A stretch of 36,586 nt of DNA from positions 1 to 36,586 of the IMG/VR virus record IMGVR_UViG_3300045988_087733; one strand, given 5' to 3'. Position 1 is the first letter of the stretch. Every line of letters begins with the position of its first letter. A model generated the notes under the pieces. It did no database searches. It was not told the origin of the DNA and saw only the letters and a list, made by a program, of their open reading frames with translations. Below are positions 26,001 through 34,619 of the stretch, one piece after another. The translations under genes and the position numbers were made by a program. The stretch is from a virus.

Positions 26001-29000
26001 GATACACGAGATTCAACATAGAATACAAAAAATTGAAAAGTTTACACAAGGAACTACTTCTGCTATTGGATTTGAAAATTATCAAAATAACTTTGGTGAA
26101 AAAGAAGCAAGAGATACATCAAATAGAAGAAAAATGAACTACGAAACTAGACTCAAAACACCGCCTATATCTTCATTAACTGATAATATAATTGACAAAA
26201 ATAAAAACAAATGGTATTCTTTAAATGAGGTTGAACAAGATGCTCAAGAAAATAATACAATTTCTTCGCAAAATGTATCTGAAAATATTTATAGCAGAGG
26301 AAAATTGGGAAGAAATACCAAAGGACAAGAACTAGAAAATAGTTCTTTTTATAAAGAGTGGAATGATTATCTAAAAGAAAACTTTCCATCATCGGGAACA
26401 AAAACTAAAATGTCTGATATTAAGTTACCTGTTAGTGAAGATATAGAAAGTAGTTCTAAAAAGAGCAAGATTTTAAATCCAAATGAAATATCAAAATTAA
26501 CTAAAGAAGATGCTAACACTACACCAATATTACCTAAAAGAGGAAGCGTAAATAAAGTTAATGATGGCAATAGCCATTTTGCTAGAAACATTAAAGATAA
26601 AGTTAATATGCTAAATGTAGAACAAAAGGCTGAAATACTTTCAAAAGAAGATGTTAGATATTATGATAAAGTAACTAATAAAGAAAGTTTGGAAAAGGCT
26701 TTCAAAAAAATAAATGATGGTGGCAGTTCAGAAACATTAAGATGGGTAAAACAAGATAGTAAGAATGCAAATGCTACAGATGTAGCAGAAGGCTGGATTT
26801 TACTAAAACAATATGCTGATAATGGTGATTATGATAGTATGGTAGAAGTTGCTAAAAAAATGAGAGAAATTGGAACAACTGCTGGTCAAACAGTACAGGC
26901 ATTTAATATTATGGAAAGAATGACACCTGAAGGTATGGTAAAATATGCTCAATCTGAATTATCTGAAGCTTATGACAAAATGGTTAAGAATAAATCTAAA
27001 GAATGGATAGATAAATATAGAAAAGACTTTGACTTAAAGCCTGATGAGGTAAAGTTTATCATGGATACAATGCAAGAAGTACAAAATATGGAAGATGGCT
27101 ATGATAAAAGAGTTAAACTTGCAGAAATACAAAAATTAATGACCGATAAACTACCACCTGAAAAAGGCACAAAAATTAGATCTTGGATGAGAATATCTAT
27201 GTTGTTTAATCCTAAGACTCAAGTAAGAAATGTTGCTGGTAATGCTTTAATAATGCCAGTTAATTCTTTTGGCGATTTATTCTCTAGTTATGCTGATAAG
27301 TTAATTGCTAAGAAAACTGGTGTAAGAACAACCGGTACTACTAATGTAAAAGCAATGCTTAAAGGTATTAAAAAAGGAGCCTATGAGGCTACTAACGACT
27401 ATAAAAAAGGAATTAACACTAAAGATATGGAAGGTAATAGATTTGAAATATCAGATGGTAAATCATTTAGTGAAAAGAATTTAATGGGAAGGACTCTAAA
27501 TAGAACAGAGTCTTTATTAAATTATGTTATGGATGTCGGTGATAGAGTATTTAGTGAGGCGGCTTTTGAAAATTCATTACAAAACCAATTAGTATTAAAC
27601 AATACTACCGAAATCACACAAGAAATGATAGATATAGCACATCAAGAGGCTTTATCTAGAACTTGGAATGATAATAATAACTATACCAGATTTGTTTTGG
27701 GTGTAAGAAAAGGACTAAATAGATTAAATGTTAATGGTTATGGTCTTGGTGATATATTGATACCATTTGCCAAAACACCAGCTAATTTAACAAAGGCAAT
27801 TGTTGATTATTCACCTGCCGGTTTGGTTAGTGCCATAAATAAAGGTATTAATTTAAAGAGGTCGCTTGCAAATGGACAATACACTGCCACTATGCAACAT
27901 GAATTTGTTCAAAGTTTAGGTAAAGCTACTGCTGGTACTATGTTATATATACTTGGTATTGCACTTGCGAAGGCTGGAATAACAAGCGGTGATAGCGATG
28001 ATGATAAAGACACTGCCAATTTCTTAAAAAATACTTTAGGAATTAATTCTTATTCAATTAAAATTGGTGGTAAATCATTTACTTATGATTGGGCTCAACC
28101 TTTGGCTGCTCCACTATCAATAACTGCTAATGTAGTTAATTCTAAAAGCGGTGACTCTAAAGCATTATTAGAAGGTATAGTTGGCTCTTTAGATAGTGCT
28201 GGAAGCATTTTGCTAGAACAATCATTTTTACAAAGTATAAATGATGTTCTTAATGATAATGATGGTGTTGTATCCGGAATTATTAATGAAATATTAGAAT
28301 TGCCTGCTAGAGCAGTTCCTACTTTTTCTAAGCAAATAGCAGATTTAGTAGATGGCACTCAAAGAACTTCATTTGAATATGGAAAGCCAATTCAAAGTGC
28401 GGTAAATAGCATAAAGGCAAAAATACCTTTTGTAAGTAAAACTTTAAATCCTGCAGTAGATACTATGGGCAGAGAAATACAAAAATATGGTGGAAAGAAT
28501 AATATCTTTAATGTATTTTTAAATCCTGCCAATGTTAGCACAGAAAATATAAGTGAATCTGCTGAGGAAATATATAGGCTGTACAAAGAAACTGGAGAGA
28601 CAGATGTTATGCCTAGAGTAGCCCCTTACTATATAAATCAAAAAGGCGAAAAAATTATGATGACAGGTAAAGATAGAGTTGAATATCAAAAAATATCTGG
28701 TGAAATAATAGAAGATAATATCAAAAAACTAATTAATAATGCATCTTATTCAAGTATGTCCGATTCGGATAAGGCAAATGTTGTTAAAGATATAGTTAAT
28801 TATTCTTATAACATCGCCAAAAAGGATGTATTAGGATTAGAACTTTCTAATACATATCAAAAAGCATATGAATATTCTGAAATAGGAGATATAGGAGATT
28901 ATTATACATTTAAAGAAAGTATTGATAATACTGATAAAGATACCAAAAAGGCTAGTATAACTAAATTCTTGATAGATAGTGATTTGACTAATGAACAATT

Positions 29001-29451
29001 AGCATATTTATATGGTAATTATTATTCAAGTGATAAAGTTTTAAATGCTTTGGTACAATCAAACATACCAATTAAAGAATACATAAAATTTAATTCTGAA
29101 ACATTTGAGAGTGATTATTATACAAATGGCAAGACTGTACCTAATTCTAGAAAAAATAAAGTGATTAAGTATATTAATAGTTTAAATCTTAGTATTCCTC
29201 AAAAAGCAATGCTTATTAAAATGGAATATAGTAGTTTTAAGCAATACGACAACCAAATAGTTAAATATGTTAATAATATTGATTGTTCTTCCTATGATAA
29301 AAAAGTAATACTAAAGACTATCGGATTTACTAGTTATGATAAGGATATAATTAATACTATCAACTCTAAAAACATATCTATTGAAGAGAAGACCAAAGAG
29401 TTAGAAGAACTAGGATTCAAAGTAAGAAATGGTAGGGTGTATACAAAATGA
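23029..29451 (+). CDS. Giant (2140 aa) polyvalent/internal virion protein with two HExxH motifs
   Basis: FLVVHEITHDIATKE at residue about 725 and TLIHEIQHRIQKIE at about 993; C-terminal helical region with hydrophobic segment ATAGTMLYILGIALAKAGI. Confidence 0.65.
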   Translation: MSSIRERLLGKSKGNSSIRDRLELNSSYYKQEYNDQLSKRNNIQKDIQKNTYEKGVQTTVTPFSTQRNILPIQEQTEITKSKRFEVTAGQDKLGQNKSIENKYQEIKKSNEYKNQMKQLEEQSNEVGYAKYNYDKQRIAEDDIGWYDKSIGRFTGGIGSLFDYNGGLIKNENGDLEYLPTFNQMKHQKVKENYKTGIGRFAGDVLYESGKIAGSTLINQALPGVGSTMYFGKMFVDSTNQAVSDGYDTSSATMYGLVNVGLEYGVGKILGSATKGLTGGKNGDYEELLKKTFTNITKKPKIANILANAGSEATEEFVQEYLDNISKLLILDKNTNIKDYASVFLDGDVLSDALYSAAIGGVTGGIIGTATGKDTNVENKDVNLYKTFKEELEETKKNTTNKETINKIDTIISNINSNINNNSNVNANVDTITSQISEYETLKEQNKLTNEQEIELNELKNQLSAIQNQNTDTSTSIKEEANLPTVQDIVNQEKSSQSGINLPVYNQQSNINNSDKAILPTVNDFNSSNMNMPISDIKVDMAKISPEILNDIKGFKLGDPSIESYKGSYIKTMLNEVGIKVPTAMNYVSEVRPDMSFTTTKDLTRQQYASIGNALQKLRSVDVTGVNNANYSIPIGNYQYVKSSNANINELRRTASMYLNNTARSNNTIKLLENIIKDRNYIIRFNPNITNEQGVPVNGLITKENGKTIIELNPNADNYVEFLVVHEITHDIATKEMKELILDYAKQDPEFEKSLESLKERYKTNDVSDEIVADVCGELFGNREFIQSVVEKKPNIFKKILNNIRKLAEKIKGTGANEYVNFVENLKEMWEDAYYSNKSNLKKTEYMMTGIKGARNAIKNDSYNQFLNDNYNKALIYKKNNIENEQIRRRTGWFQDSKGDWKFELSDDEAKIIKKLEKNNTYQLKEILEHNDLYEMYPNLKNNKVKFTDFGIRTDENGKKYIKKGRINNITNTISLNNELISKGNDAVLDTLIHEIQHRIQKIEKFTQGTTSAIGFENYQNNFGEKEARDTSNRRKMNYETRLKTPPISSLTDNIIDKNKNKWYSLNEVEQDAQENNTISSQNVSENIYSRGKLGRNTKGQELENSSFYKEWNDYLKENFPSSGTKTKMSDIKLPVSEDIESSSKKSKILNPNEISKLTKEDANTTPILPKRGSVNKVNDGNSHFARNIKDKVNMLNVEQKAEILSKEDVRYYDKVTNKESLEKAFKKINDGGSSETLRWVKQDSKNANATDVAEGWILLKQYADNGDYDSMVEVAKKMREIGTTAGQTVQAFNIMERMTPEGMVKYAQSELSEAYDKMVKNKSKEWIDKYRKDFDLKPDEVKFIMDTMQEVQNMEDGYDKRVKLAEIQKLMTDKLPPEKGTKIRSWMRISMLFNPKTQVRNVAGNALIMPVNSFGDLFSSYADKLIAKKTGVRTTGTTNVKAMLKGIKKGAYEATNDYKKGINTKDMEGNRFEISDGKSFSEKNLMGRTLNRTESLLNYVMDVGDRVFSEAAFENSLQNQLVLNNTTEITQEMIDIAHQEALSRTWNDNNNYTRFVLGVRKGLNRLNVNGYGLGDILIPFAKTPANLTKAIVDYSPAGLVSAINKGINLKRSLANGQYTATMQHEFVQSLGKATAGTMLYILGIALAKAGITSGDSDDDKDTANFLKNTLGINSYSIKIGGKSFTYDWAQPLAAPLSITANVVNSKSGDSKALLEGIVGSLDSAGSILLEQSFLQSINDVLNDNDGVVSGIINEILELPARAVPTFSKQIADLVDGTQRTSFEYGKPIQSAVNSIKAKIPFVSKTLNPAVDTMGREIQKYGGKNNIFNVFLNPANVSTENISESAEEIYRLYKETGETDVMPRVAPYYINQKGEKIMMTGKDRVEYQKISGEIIEDNIKKLINNASYSSMSDSDKANVVKDIVNYSYNIAKKDVLGLELSNTYQKAYEYSEIGDIGDYYTFKESIDNTDKDTKKASITKFLIDSDLTNEQLAYLYGNYYSSDKVLNALVQSNIPIKEYIKFNSETFESDYYTNGKTVPNSRKNKVIKYINSLNLSIPQKAMLIKMEYSSFKQYDNQIVKYVNNIDCSSYDKKVILKTIGFTSYDKDIINTINSKNISIEEKTKELEELGFKVRNGRVYTK

Positions 29452-30581
29452 TAAATAAAAGAGATATAAATAAGTTACGAACACCAGAAGACTTAGAAAG
29501 AAAGTATAACCTCAATGATATTTTGACATTAAAAGAAAACTATGAATTACAAAAAAACGGACTTAATAAAGTAGAAAATGAGTTAAATAGCTTTGTGATT
29601 GCAACAGGTAAGAACTTAAAAGAACTTCAAGACCAGGTAGATGGAAACATTACTACCTGGTTTTATTCTGGAGTTCCTACTGATGGTAATGAACCTGCTA
29701 AAGATTGGACTACTGATAATGAAAAAAATAATCACTTAGGAGACCTTTATTATGATAAAGATACTGGTTATGCCTATAGATACTCACTTGATAATGATGT
29801 TTATAGTTGGATAAAAATTACCGACAATGATGTTACTCAAGCTCTTGCAATAGCAAATAGCGCAAAAGATACCGCTGATAGTAAGAGAAGAGTTTTTGTG
29901 GTTGAGCCAACAACACCTTATGATTGCGGAGATTTATGGATTAAAGATGAAGAATTATATAGATGCCAAACCACTAAATCAAAGGATGAAACATTTGAAG
30001 AAAATGACTGGATAATTGCTACTAAATATACTGATGATACTAAAGCAAATCAGGTGGGAGAAAATCTTACTATATTAAGCGGAACTGTTACCGAGATAAA
30101 AAATGATGTTGATAAGTTAGATACTACTATGACAAATACAACTTCACTTGTTGATGAACAAGGTAGAAGCATAGGTATTTTGCAAGAACAACAATCAGAG
30201 GTTACTCAAACAGTAAACAATTTTGATATATCTATGAAAAATGTACAAAAAACATTAGATACTCAAAATGGTTCTATTCAAACACTTGAAGGCAAGATCA
30301 CTGATATGAATTTTAGTTTTAGCACTAAAGGTTTATCTGTAGGTACATCTAGTGATGCAAACAATTCATTGCTTGATAACCGGGGTATAAAAGTATATAA
30401 CTACGAAAAATTAAATGCAATCTTCAACAATAAAGGTTCTGGTATAGAAAAACTTATTGTTACTGGCACTGCTCAAATAGGATATTTGAAATTCATTAAA
30501 TCTACTAAAAACGGTGAAAAGGGGACAAAAATATTCCACTTGAAAGAATTAATTGAAGATTTGAAAGATTTGGAGGTGTAA
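29448..30581 (+). CDS. Tail fibre/appendage stalk-like protein
   Basis: 377 aa; NITTWFYSGVPTDGNEPAKDW...NHLGDLYYDKDTGYAYRY and DLWIKDEELYRC modules, typical of phage minor tail/gp58-like proteins. Confidence 0.65.
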   Translation: MINKRDINKLRTPEDLERKYNLNDILTLKENYELQKNGLNKVENELNSFVIATGKNLKELQDQVDGNITTWFYSGVPTDGNEPAKDWTTDNEKNNHLGDLYYDKDTGYAYRYSLDNDVYSWIKITDNDVTQALAIANSAKDTADSKRRVFVVEPTTPYDCGDLWIKDEELYRCQTTKSKDETFEENDWIIATKYTDDTKANQVGENLTILSGTVTEIKNDVDKLDTTMTNTTSLVDEQGRSIGILQEQQSEVTQTVNNFDISMKNVQKTLDTQNGSIQTLEGKITDMNFSFSTKGLSVGTSSDANNSLLDNRGIKVYNYEKLNAIFNNKGSGIEKLIVTGTAQIGYLKFIKSTKNGEKGTKIFHLKELIEDLKDLEV

Positions 30582-30584
30582 CAT

Positions 30585-32021
30585 ATGGCAACATTAACAA
30601 CAAGTTTTCAATGTTTAGGTGAAGCCTATATAGGTACATCCGGCGGCAGTTTATATGTAAGAATATATGCAAGGTACACAGAACAAGATATAGCAAATAA
30701 TAGAACTTATGTAGTTTATGAAGCCAGAAGCTATTATAATAAAGCTAGTTATATATTAGACCAACAAGGTAGCATTGGTGTAAGCGGAACTGGTGCTGAT
30801 TATCAAAGCGCCGGATGTACTAGGCCAACTGGTGTAGGAGAAAGCGTATCTGTTTCTACTGAAGGTTGGGTATATCACAACAATGATGGAACAAAGAGTA
30901 TTAGTTGTGCTGCTTCAATTAGTTTTCCAAACTGGGGTTGGAGTAATACAGCATATGGTAGCGCAGACTTACCTAGAATACCAAGAGCCAGCGGTGTTGC
31001 TTGCAGTAGCCCTTATATTGGTGATAATGCCATCATCAGTATTGACAAAAAAGCATCATCATTTACTAATACATTGACTTATAAAATAGGTACTTTAACT
31101 GGCACTATTGCTACAAAGACTAGTGAGACAACTGTACAATTTAAAACAAGTGAAATAGAAGACCAAATATATGCTTTAATACCTAATGTTAAAGAAATAA
31201 AGGGAACTATTTATTGTACAACATATAATGGAAGCACACAAATAGGTGATACACAATCCACAAGTTTTAACTTGTATGCTAAAGAAAGTGTGTGCAAGCC
31301 TGATGTAACCGCTACTATAGTTGATACTAATACAAGTGTTACAAATATAACTGGTAGCAATACTAAGTTTATTAAGTATATATCTAAACCAAAAGTGACT
31401 ATAAATGCTACTGCCAAAAAGAGTTCAACAATTAAAAGTTATTCTATTAATTTGAATGATGGTCAAACTTCAAATTTACAAGAGAATATTTTTGATAGCA
31501 TTGGCTCGAACAAAGTAACTGTATCTACTACTGATAGTAGAGGATATTCTAGTTCTTCAGATGTTGAATTAGATATGATTGATTATATCAAATTACACAT
31601 AAATACTATATCAATAACAAGACCAGAGGGTACTTCAAATGAGGCTATTCTAAATTGTAATGGCGCTTATTATAATGGCTCATTTACTGATACTACTGCT
31701 AATACTCTTAGTGGTAGTTTTAAATATAGGAAATCAGGCGAAACTGATTGGATTGATGGTGGAAGTATAACTCCTACTATTACTGATAATACATTCAAAA
31801 TAACCAATCTATCACTGGGATCTTCTTTTAATTATGAGGAAGAATATCAATTTGAAATATCATTTGAAGATAAGTTCGTTATTGCTAAAGAAATTGTACC
31901 TTTGGAAAAAGGTAGGGAAACTATTTTTGTTGGTGATAACAAAGTTTATGTATATGGCAGTGCTTATTTAAATGATTATCCAGTGCTTTTCTTCACAGCA
32001 GAGGAAACATGGGATGAATAA
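30585..32021 (+). CDS. DUF859-like phage structural/receptor-binding protein
   Basis: 478 aa; SVSTEGWVYHNNDGTKSISCAASISFPNWGWSNT..., IPRASGVACSSPYIGDNAIISIDKKASSFTNTLTYKIG. Confidence 0.75.
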   Translation: MATLTTSFQCLGEAYIGTSGGSLYVRIYARYTEQDIANNRTYVVYEARSYYNKASYILDQQGSIGVSGTGADYQSAGCTRPTGVGESVSVSTEGWVYHNNDGTKSISCAASISFPNWGWSNTAYGSADLPRIPRASGVACSSPYIGDNAIISIDKKASSFTNTLTYKIGTLTGTIATKTSETTVQFKTSEIEDQIYALIPNVKEIKGTIYCTTYNGSTQIGDTQSTSFNLYAKESVCKPDVTATIVDTNTSVTNITGSNTKFIKYISKPKVTINATAKKSSTIKSYSINLNDGQTSNLQENIFDSIGSNKVTVSTTDSRGYSSSSDVELDMIDYIKLHINTISITRPEGTSNEAILNCNGAYYNGSFTDTTANTLSGSFKYRKSGETDWIDGGSITPTITDNTFKITNLSLGSSFNYEEEYQFEISFEDKFVIAKEIVPLEKGRETIFVGDNKVYVYGSAYLNDYPVLFFTAEETWDE

Positions 32022-32039
32022 AAGAAAGGATTTGATAAA

Positions 32040-32087
32040 ATGAAAAAAGTAAACTATGAGTTAATGAGGGGGGGGGGCGTTTACTAA
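32040..32087 (+). CDS. Short ORF carrying a G10 tract; length depends on tract
   Basis: GAAAGGA RBS then ATG; MKKVNYELMRGGGVY* with 10 G, 42 aa with 9 G. Confidence 0.4.
   Translation: MKKVNYELMRGGGVY
32068..32077 (+). repeat. Homopolymeric G10 tract
   Basis: ATGA-GGGGGGGGGG-CGTT read directly. Confidence 0.98.
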
Positions 32088-32158
32088 CAAAAACGATAAT
32101 CTCTCTAAATATGATTGGAGGGAGTATTATTTAGTACCTACTCCAATGGGAGCAAGTT

Positions 32159-32599
32159 ATGGCTTGTAAAGGTGGAACACTAAAAAGTGGTACTGATAAC
32201 TACTATCCAAATGCTTATTATAAAGTTGGAGATTTGTTTCTAACTACAAGAAATGAAAACCCATCTATAAGGTTTGGCGGTACTTGGGAATTGTTTGGGA
32301 AAGGCAAAACTTTGGTGTGTGTAGATGAAAATGATAATGACTTCAAAACTGTTAAGCAAACAGGTGGAGAAAAAACACATTCATTGGATATTAGTGAATT
32401 GCCAGAACACGATCATGATATTTATTATCCGAATGCAAGTGGCGCCTATGGAAATTATCCTATTGCTAGTGTTCAACCATCAACAACAAATAAAACTTGG
32501 GCTGCGGTGATGTGCAGTACCGCCATTACTGGCGGAGATAAACCACATAACAATTTGCAACCTTACATAACTTGCTTTATATGGATTAGAATTAAATAA
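32159..32599 (+). CDS. Fibre-tip/tail collar-like C-terminal domain protein
   Basis: YKVGDLFLTTRNENPSIRFGGTWELFGKGKTLVCVD ... LPEHDH ... PHNNLQPYITCFIWIRIK. Confidence 0.8.
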   Translation: MACKGGTLKSGTDNYYPNAYYKVGDLFLTTRNENPSIRFGGTWELFGKGKTLVCVDENDNDFKTVKQTGGEKTHSLDISELPEHDHDIYYPNASGAYGNYPIASVQPSTTNKTWAAVMCSTAITGGDKPHNNLQPYITCFIWIRIK

Positions 32600-32610
32600 T
32601 GTGAACTTTA

Positions 32611-33060
32611 ATGAAAGTACTAAAAAATTTATTTGGAAATAATACCAAAATATCTGCAGAAGATATAGCAATAAAAGATAGTAATAACAAGGCGAGAATA
32701 TTAGATAAGTCTGTAATTGTTGACAGTGGAAGTAATGAAAATGGAAGTTGGGTTAAATGGGCTGATGGAACGATGGTTGTATTGCAAGAATATTTTGATA
32801 CAAAAACTATTTATGTTACAATGGGCAGCCTAAAAAGAGTAGGTTTAAAGGCACCTCCTGATTTTCCACAAGAATTTAAAGAACCACCAATTGTGCAAAT
32901 AACTTTACAACATGCTTGGCTAGCATGGTTGATGGGTATTGAAGGCAATGCAACTACAACAAATGCTACTGGTAAAGAATTAATTCCGATAGCAAGTGTG
33001 GAACAAACAACACTTACTGATGTCAAAATACATATTTTAGCTATAGGAAAATGGAAATAG
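32611..33060 (+). CDS. Putative fibre-associated protein A
   Basis: 149 aa; N-terminal MKVLKNLFGNNTKISAEDIAIKDSNNKA shared with the next gene. Confidence 0.55.
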   Translation: MKVLKNLFGNNTKISAEDIAIKDSNNKARILDKSVIVDSGSNENGSWVKWADGTMVVLQEYFDTKTIYVTMGSLKRVGLKAPPDFPQEFKEPPIVQITLQHAWLAWLMGIEGNATTTNATGKELIPIASVEQTTLTDVKIHILAIGKWK

Positions 33061-33071
33061 AGAGATTGAAT

Positions 33072-33638
33072 ATGTTGGTAAGCAATATTATGCAAGTATT
33101 AAAGAATTTATTTGGATTAAATAAAAAAATTAGTGCTAATGATATAGCAATAAAAGATAATAATGGTAAAGCCGAAACATTGAGCAATTATTTAAGTTTT
33201 GGCTTTGCTAGTATGCATACTAACTTTGCATATAAAATATTTGATAGTGAAACTATAGTTACAGGTTGGGAAGAGCCAATTAGTTATGGAGACATTGTAG
33301 CAGATATAAGTAATAATAGAATTGTTATAAAAAACACTAAGTTATTAGAAATAAGTGGCTATACTGCCGGTGCTTTAAATGGACTTATAGAGTATTCATT
33401 AAAAGAAAGTGACAGCAACAGAAGCTTGATTAGCTCCGAAGGAAGAGTTTTATTTCAGGGCTTTGGTGTAGGTAATAATTATTGGTCTCTTCCATTGAAA
33501 ACTTGTATAGTAGAATTAGAACCTAGCAAAAAATATTACTTTCAATTGATAGTTAACGGTTATAGAAACCAATCTTTTGAAATGAATAATGGCTTTGGCA
33601 AATATGCAACAAGCATACAAGCAAAAAAATTAAAATAA
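33072..33638 (+). CDS. Putative fibre-associated protein B (track start 33051; real start may be 33072 or 33090)
   Basis: MQVLKNLFGLNKKISANDIAIKDNNGKA followed by an unrelated C-terminal region. Confidence 0.55.
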   Translation: MLVSNIMQVLKNLFGLNKKISANDIAIKDNNGKAETLSNYLSFGFASMHTNFAYKIFDSETIVTGWEEPISYGDIVADISNNRIVIKNTKLLEISGYTAGALNGLIEYSLKESDSNRSLISSEGRVLFQGFGVGNNYWSLPLKTCIVELEPSKKYYFQLIVNGYRNQSFEMNNGFGKYATSIQAKKLK

Positions 33639-33681
33639 AGGCGGCGATAACATGAAACTAAAAGGAAACGAAAGAGGTTGA

Positions 33682-33981
33682 GTGATGGAAAAAGAAGAAT
33701 TAGAAAGATTAGTAGAAACAGAACAAAGAAGTAAATCTAATACTAAAAGACTAGACAAGCTGGAGCCAAAAGTCGATGATATACATAGTTTGGCATTGTC
33801 AGTCCAGGCGATAGCCACAGAAATGAAAGCAATGAGAGAAAATATGACACAAATAGATAATAGAGTGTTAGCAATTGAGGCTAAACCTAGCAAGAAATTA
33901 GATTCTATTTGGGGATTTGTAGTATCGGCTTTAATAGGTGGTATTATAGCATTTATATTTGTAAAATTAGGAATGAAGTAG
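33682..33981 (+). CDS. XhlA/hemolysin-like lysis-associated membrane protein
   Basis: Coiled-coil followed by C-terminal TM SIWGFVVSALIGGIIAFIFVKLG; directly upstream of holin. Confidence 0.6.
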   Translation: MMEKEELERLVETEQRSKSNTKRLDKLEPKVDDIHSLALSVQAIATEMKAMRENMTQIDNRVLAIEAKPSKKLDSIWGFVVSALIGGIIAFIFVKLGMK

Positions 33982-33984
33982 GAG

Positions 33985-34251
33985 GTGATAAAGATGGATA
34001 ATACAACAATTATGACTTTAGTAACAATTTTGGTTACTTATGTGTGTGGTTTAATTGCTAAAAAGCATCCTAAATTTAACAATAAATTAATACCAGTGCA
34101 AAACTTATTAATAGGTATAATAGTAGCAATTATCAATTACATAATGACCAAAGATTTTAATGCTTCGATTATGGTAGCAGGTTTGCTTACTGGTGGAGCA
34201 TATGATCTTGGAAAAAATATAAATGATTTGTTAAAGAAAGAAGGTAATTAG
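33985..34251 (+). CDS. Holin
   Basis: 88 aa with two TM segments; upstream of amidase. Confidence 0.7.
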   Translation: MIKMDNTTIMTLVTILVTYVCGLIAKKHPKFNNKLIPVQNLLIGIIVAIINYIMTKDFNASIMVAGLLTGGAYDLGKNINDLLKKEGN

Positions 34252-34252
34252 T

Positions 34253-34330
34253 ATGGAAGAAATTAAAATTACAGAAGAAATGGAATTAGAGTTAAGCAAT
34301 GGTAAGGGGGATGAAGTAGATGAAAGATAG
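34253..34330 (+). CDS. Micro ORF, acidic
   Basis: 25-aa ORF MEEIKITEEMELELSNGKGDEVDER, overlaps the next ATG. Confidence 0.3.
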   Translation: MEEIKITEEMELELSNGKGDEVDER

Positions 34331-34619
34331 TTATGAATTTGAAGTTATATGCAAAAATATTGTTATTGACTATTTTAACAATAAAGCAGAAATAACTGAT
34401 AATAAAAAGATTGGTATCAAAGATGTATATGTTGTTTGGATGTGTAAAACTTTGAAAAACTCAAAGGCTTTATTAAGCACTAACATTACTGATGGTATGT
34501 ATTATGAATTAACTTATAATGGTGAAAAAGATGAAATTTATCTTGACGCATATAAAAAATGGGAAAATAAATTAATAAAAAGAGAAGAGTTTAAAAAAGA
34601 GGTGATTATTAATGAGTAA
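34320..34619 (+). CDS. Hypothetical protein
   Basis: 99 aa ORF within the lysis cassette. Confidence 0.5.
   Translation: MKDSYEFEVICKNIVIDYFNNKAEITDNKKIGIKDVYVVWMCKTLKNSKALLSTNITDGMYYELTYNGEKDEIYLDAYKKWENKLIKREEFKKEVIINE

Noticed and set aside
23029-29451. Several minus-strand ORFs inside the giant gene (for example 24042-24254, 25791-25997, 26165-26401, 28095-28358)
   Set aside because: All lie antisense to a single long continuous coding frame and show low-complexity Phe/Leu/Ser translations typical of antisense reads.
30585-33638. Diversity-generating retroelement for fibre variation
   Set aside because: No reverse transcriptase ORF and no obvious template/variable repeat pair; the repeated coding segment in the two fibre-region genes is N-terminal and looks like a shared tag.
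33652-33681. 9-codon ORF MKLKGNERG* before the lysis module
   Set aside because: Has a plausible upstream GGCGG sequence but is too short to support as a gene from sequence alone; possibly a leader peptide.
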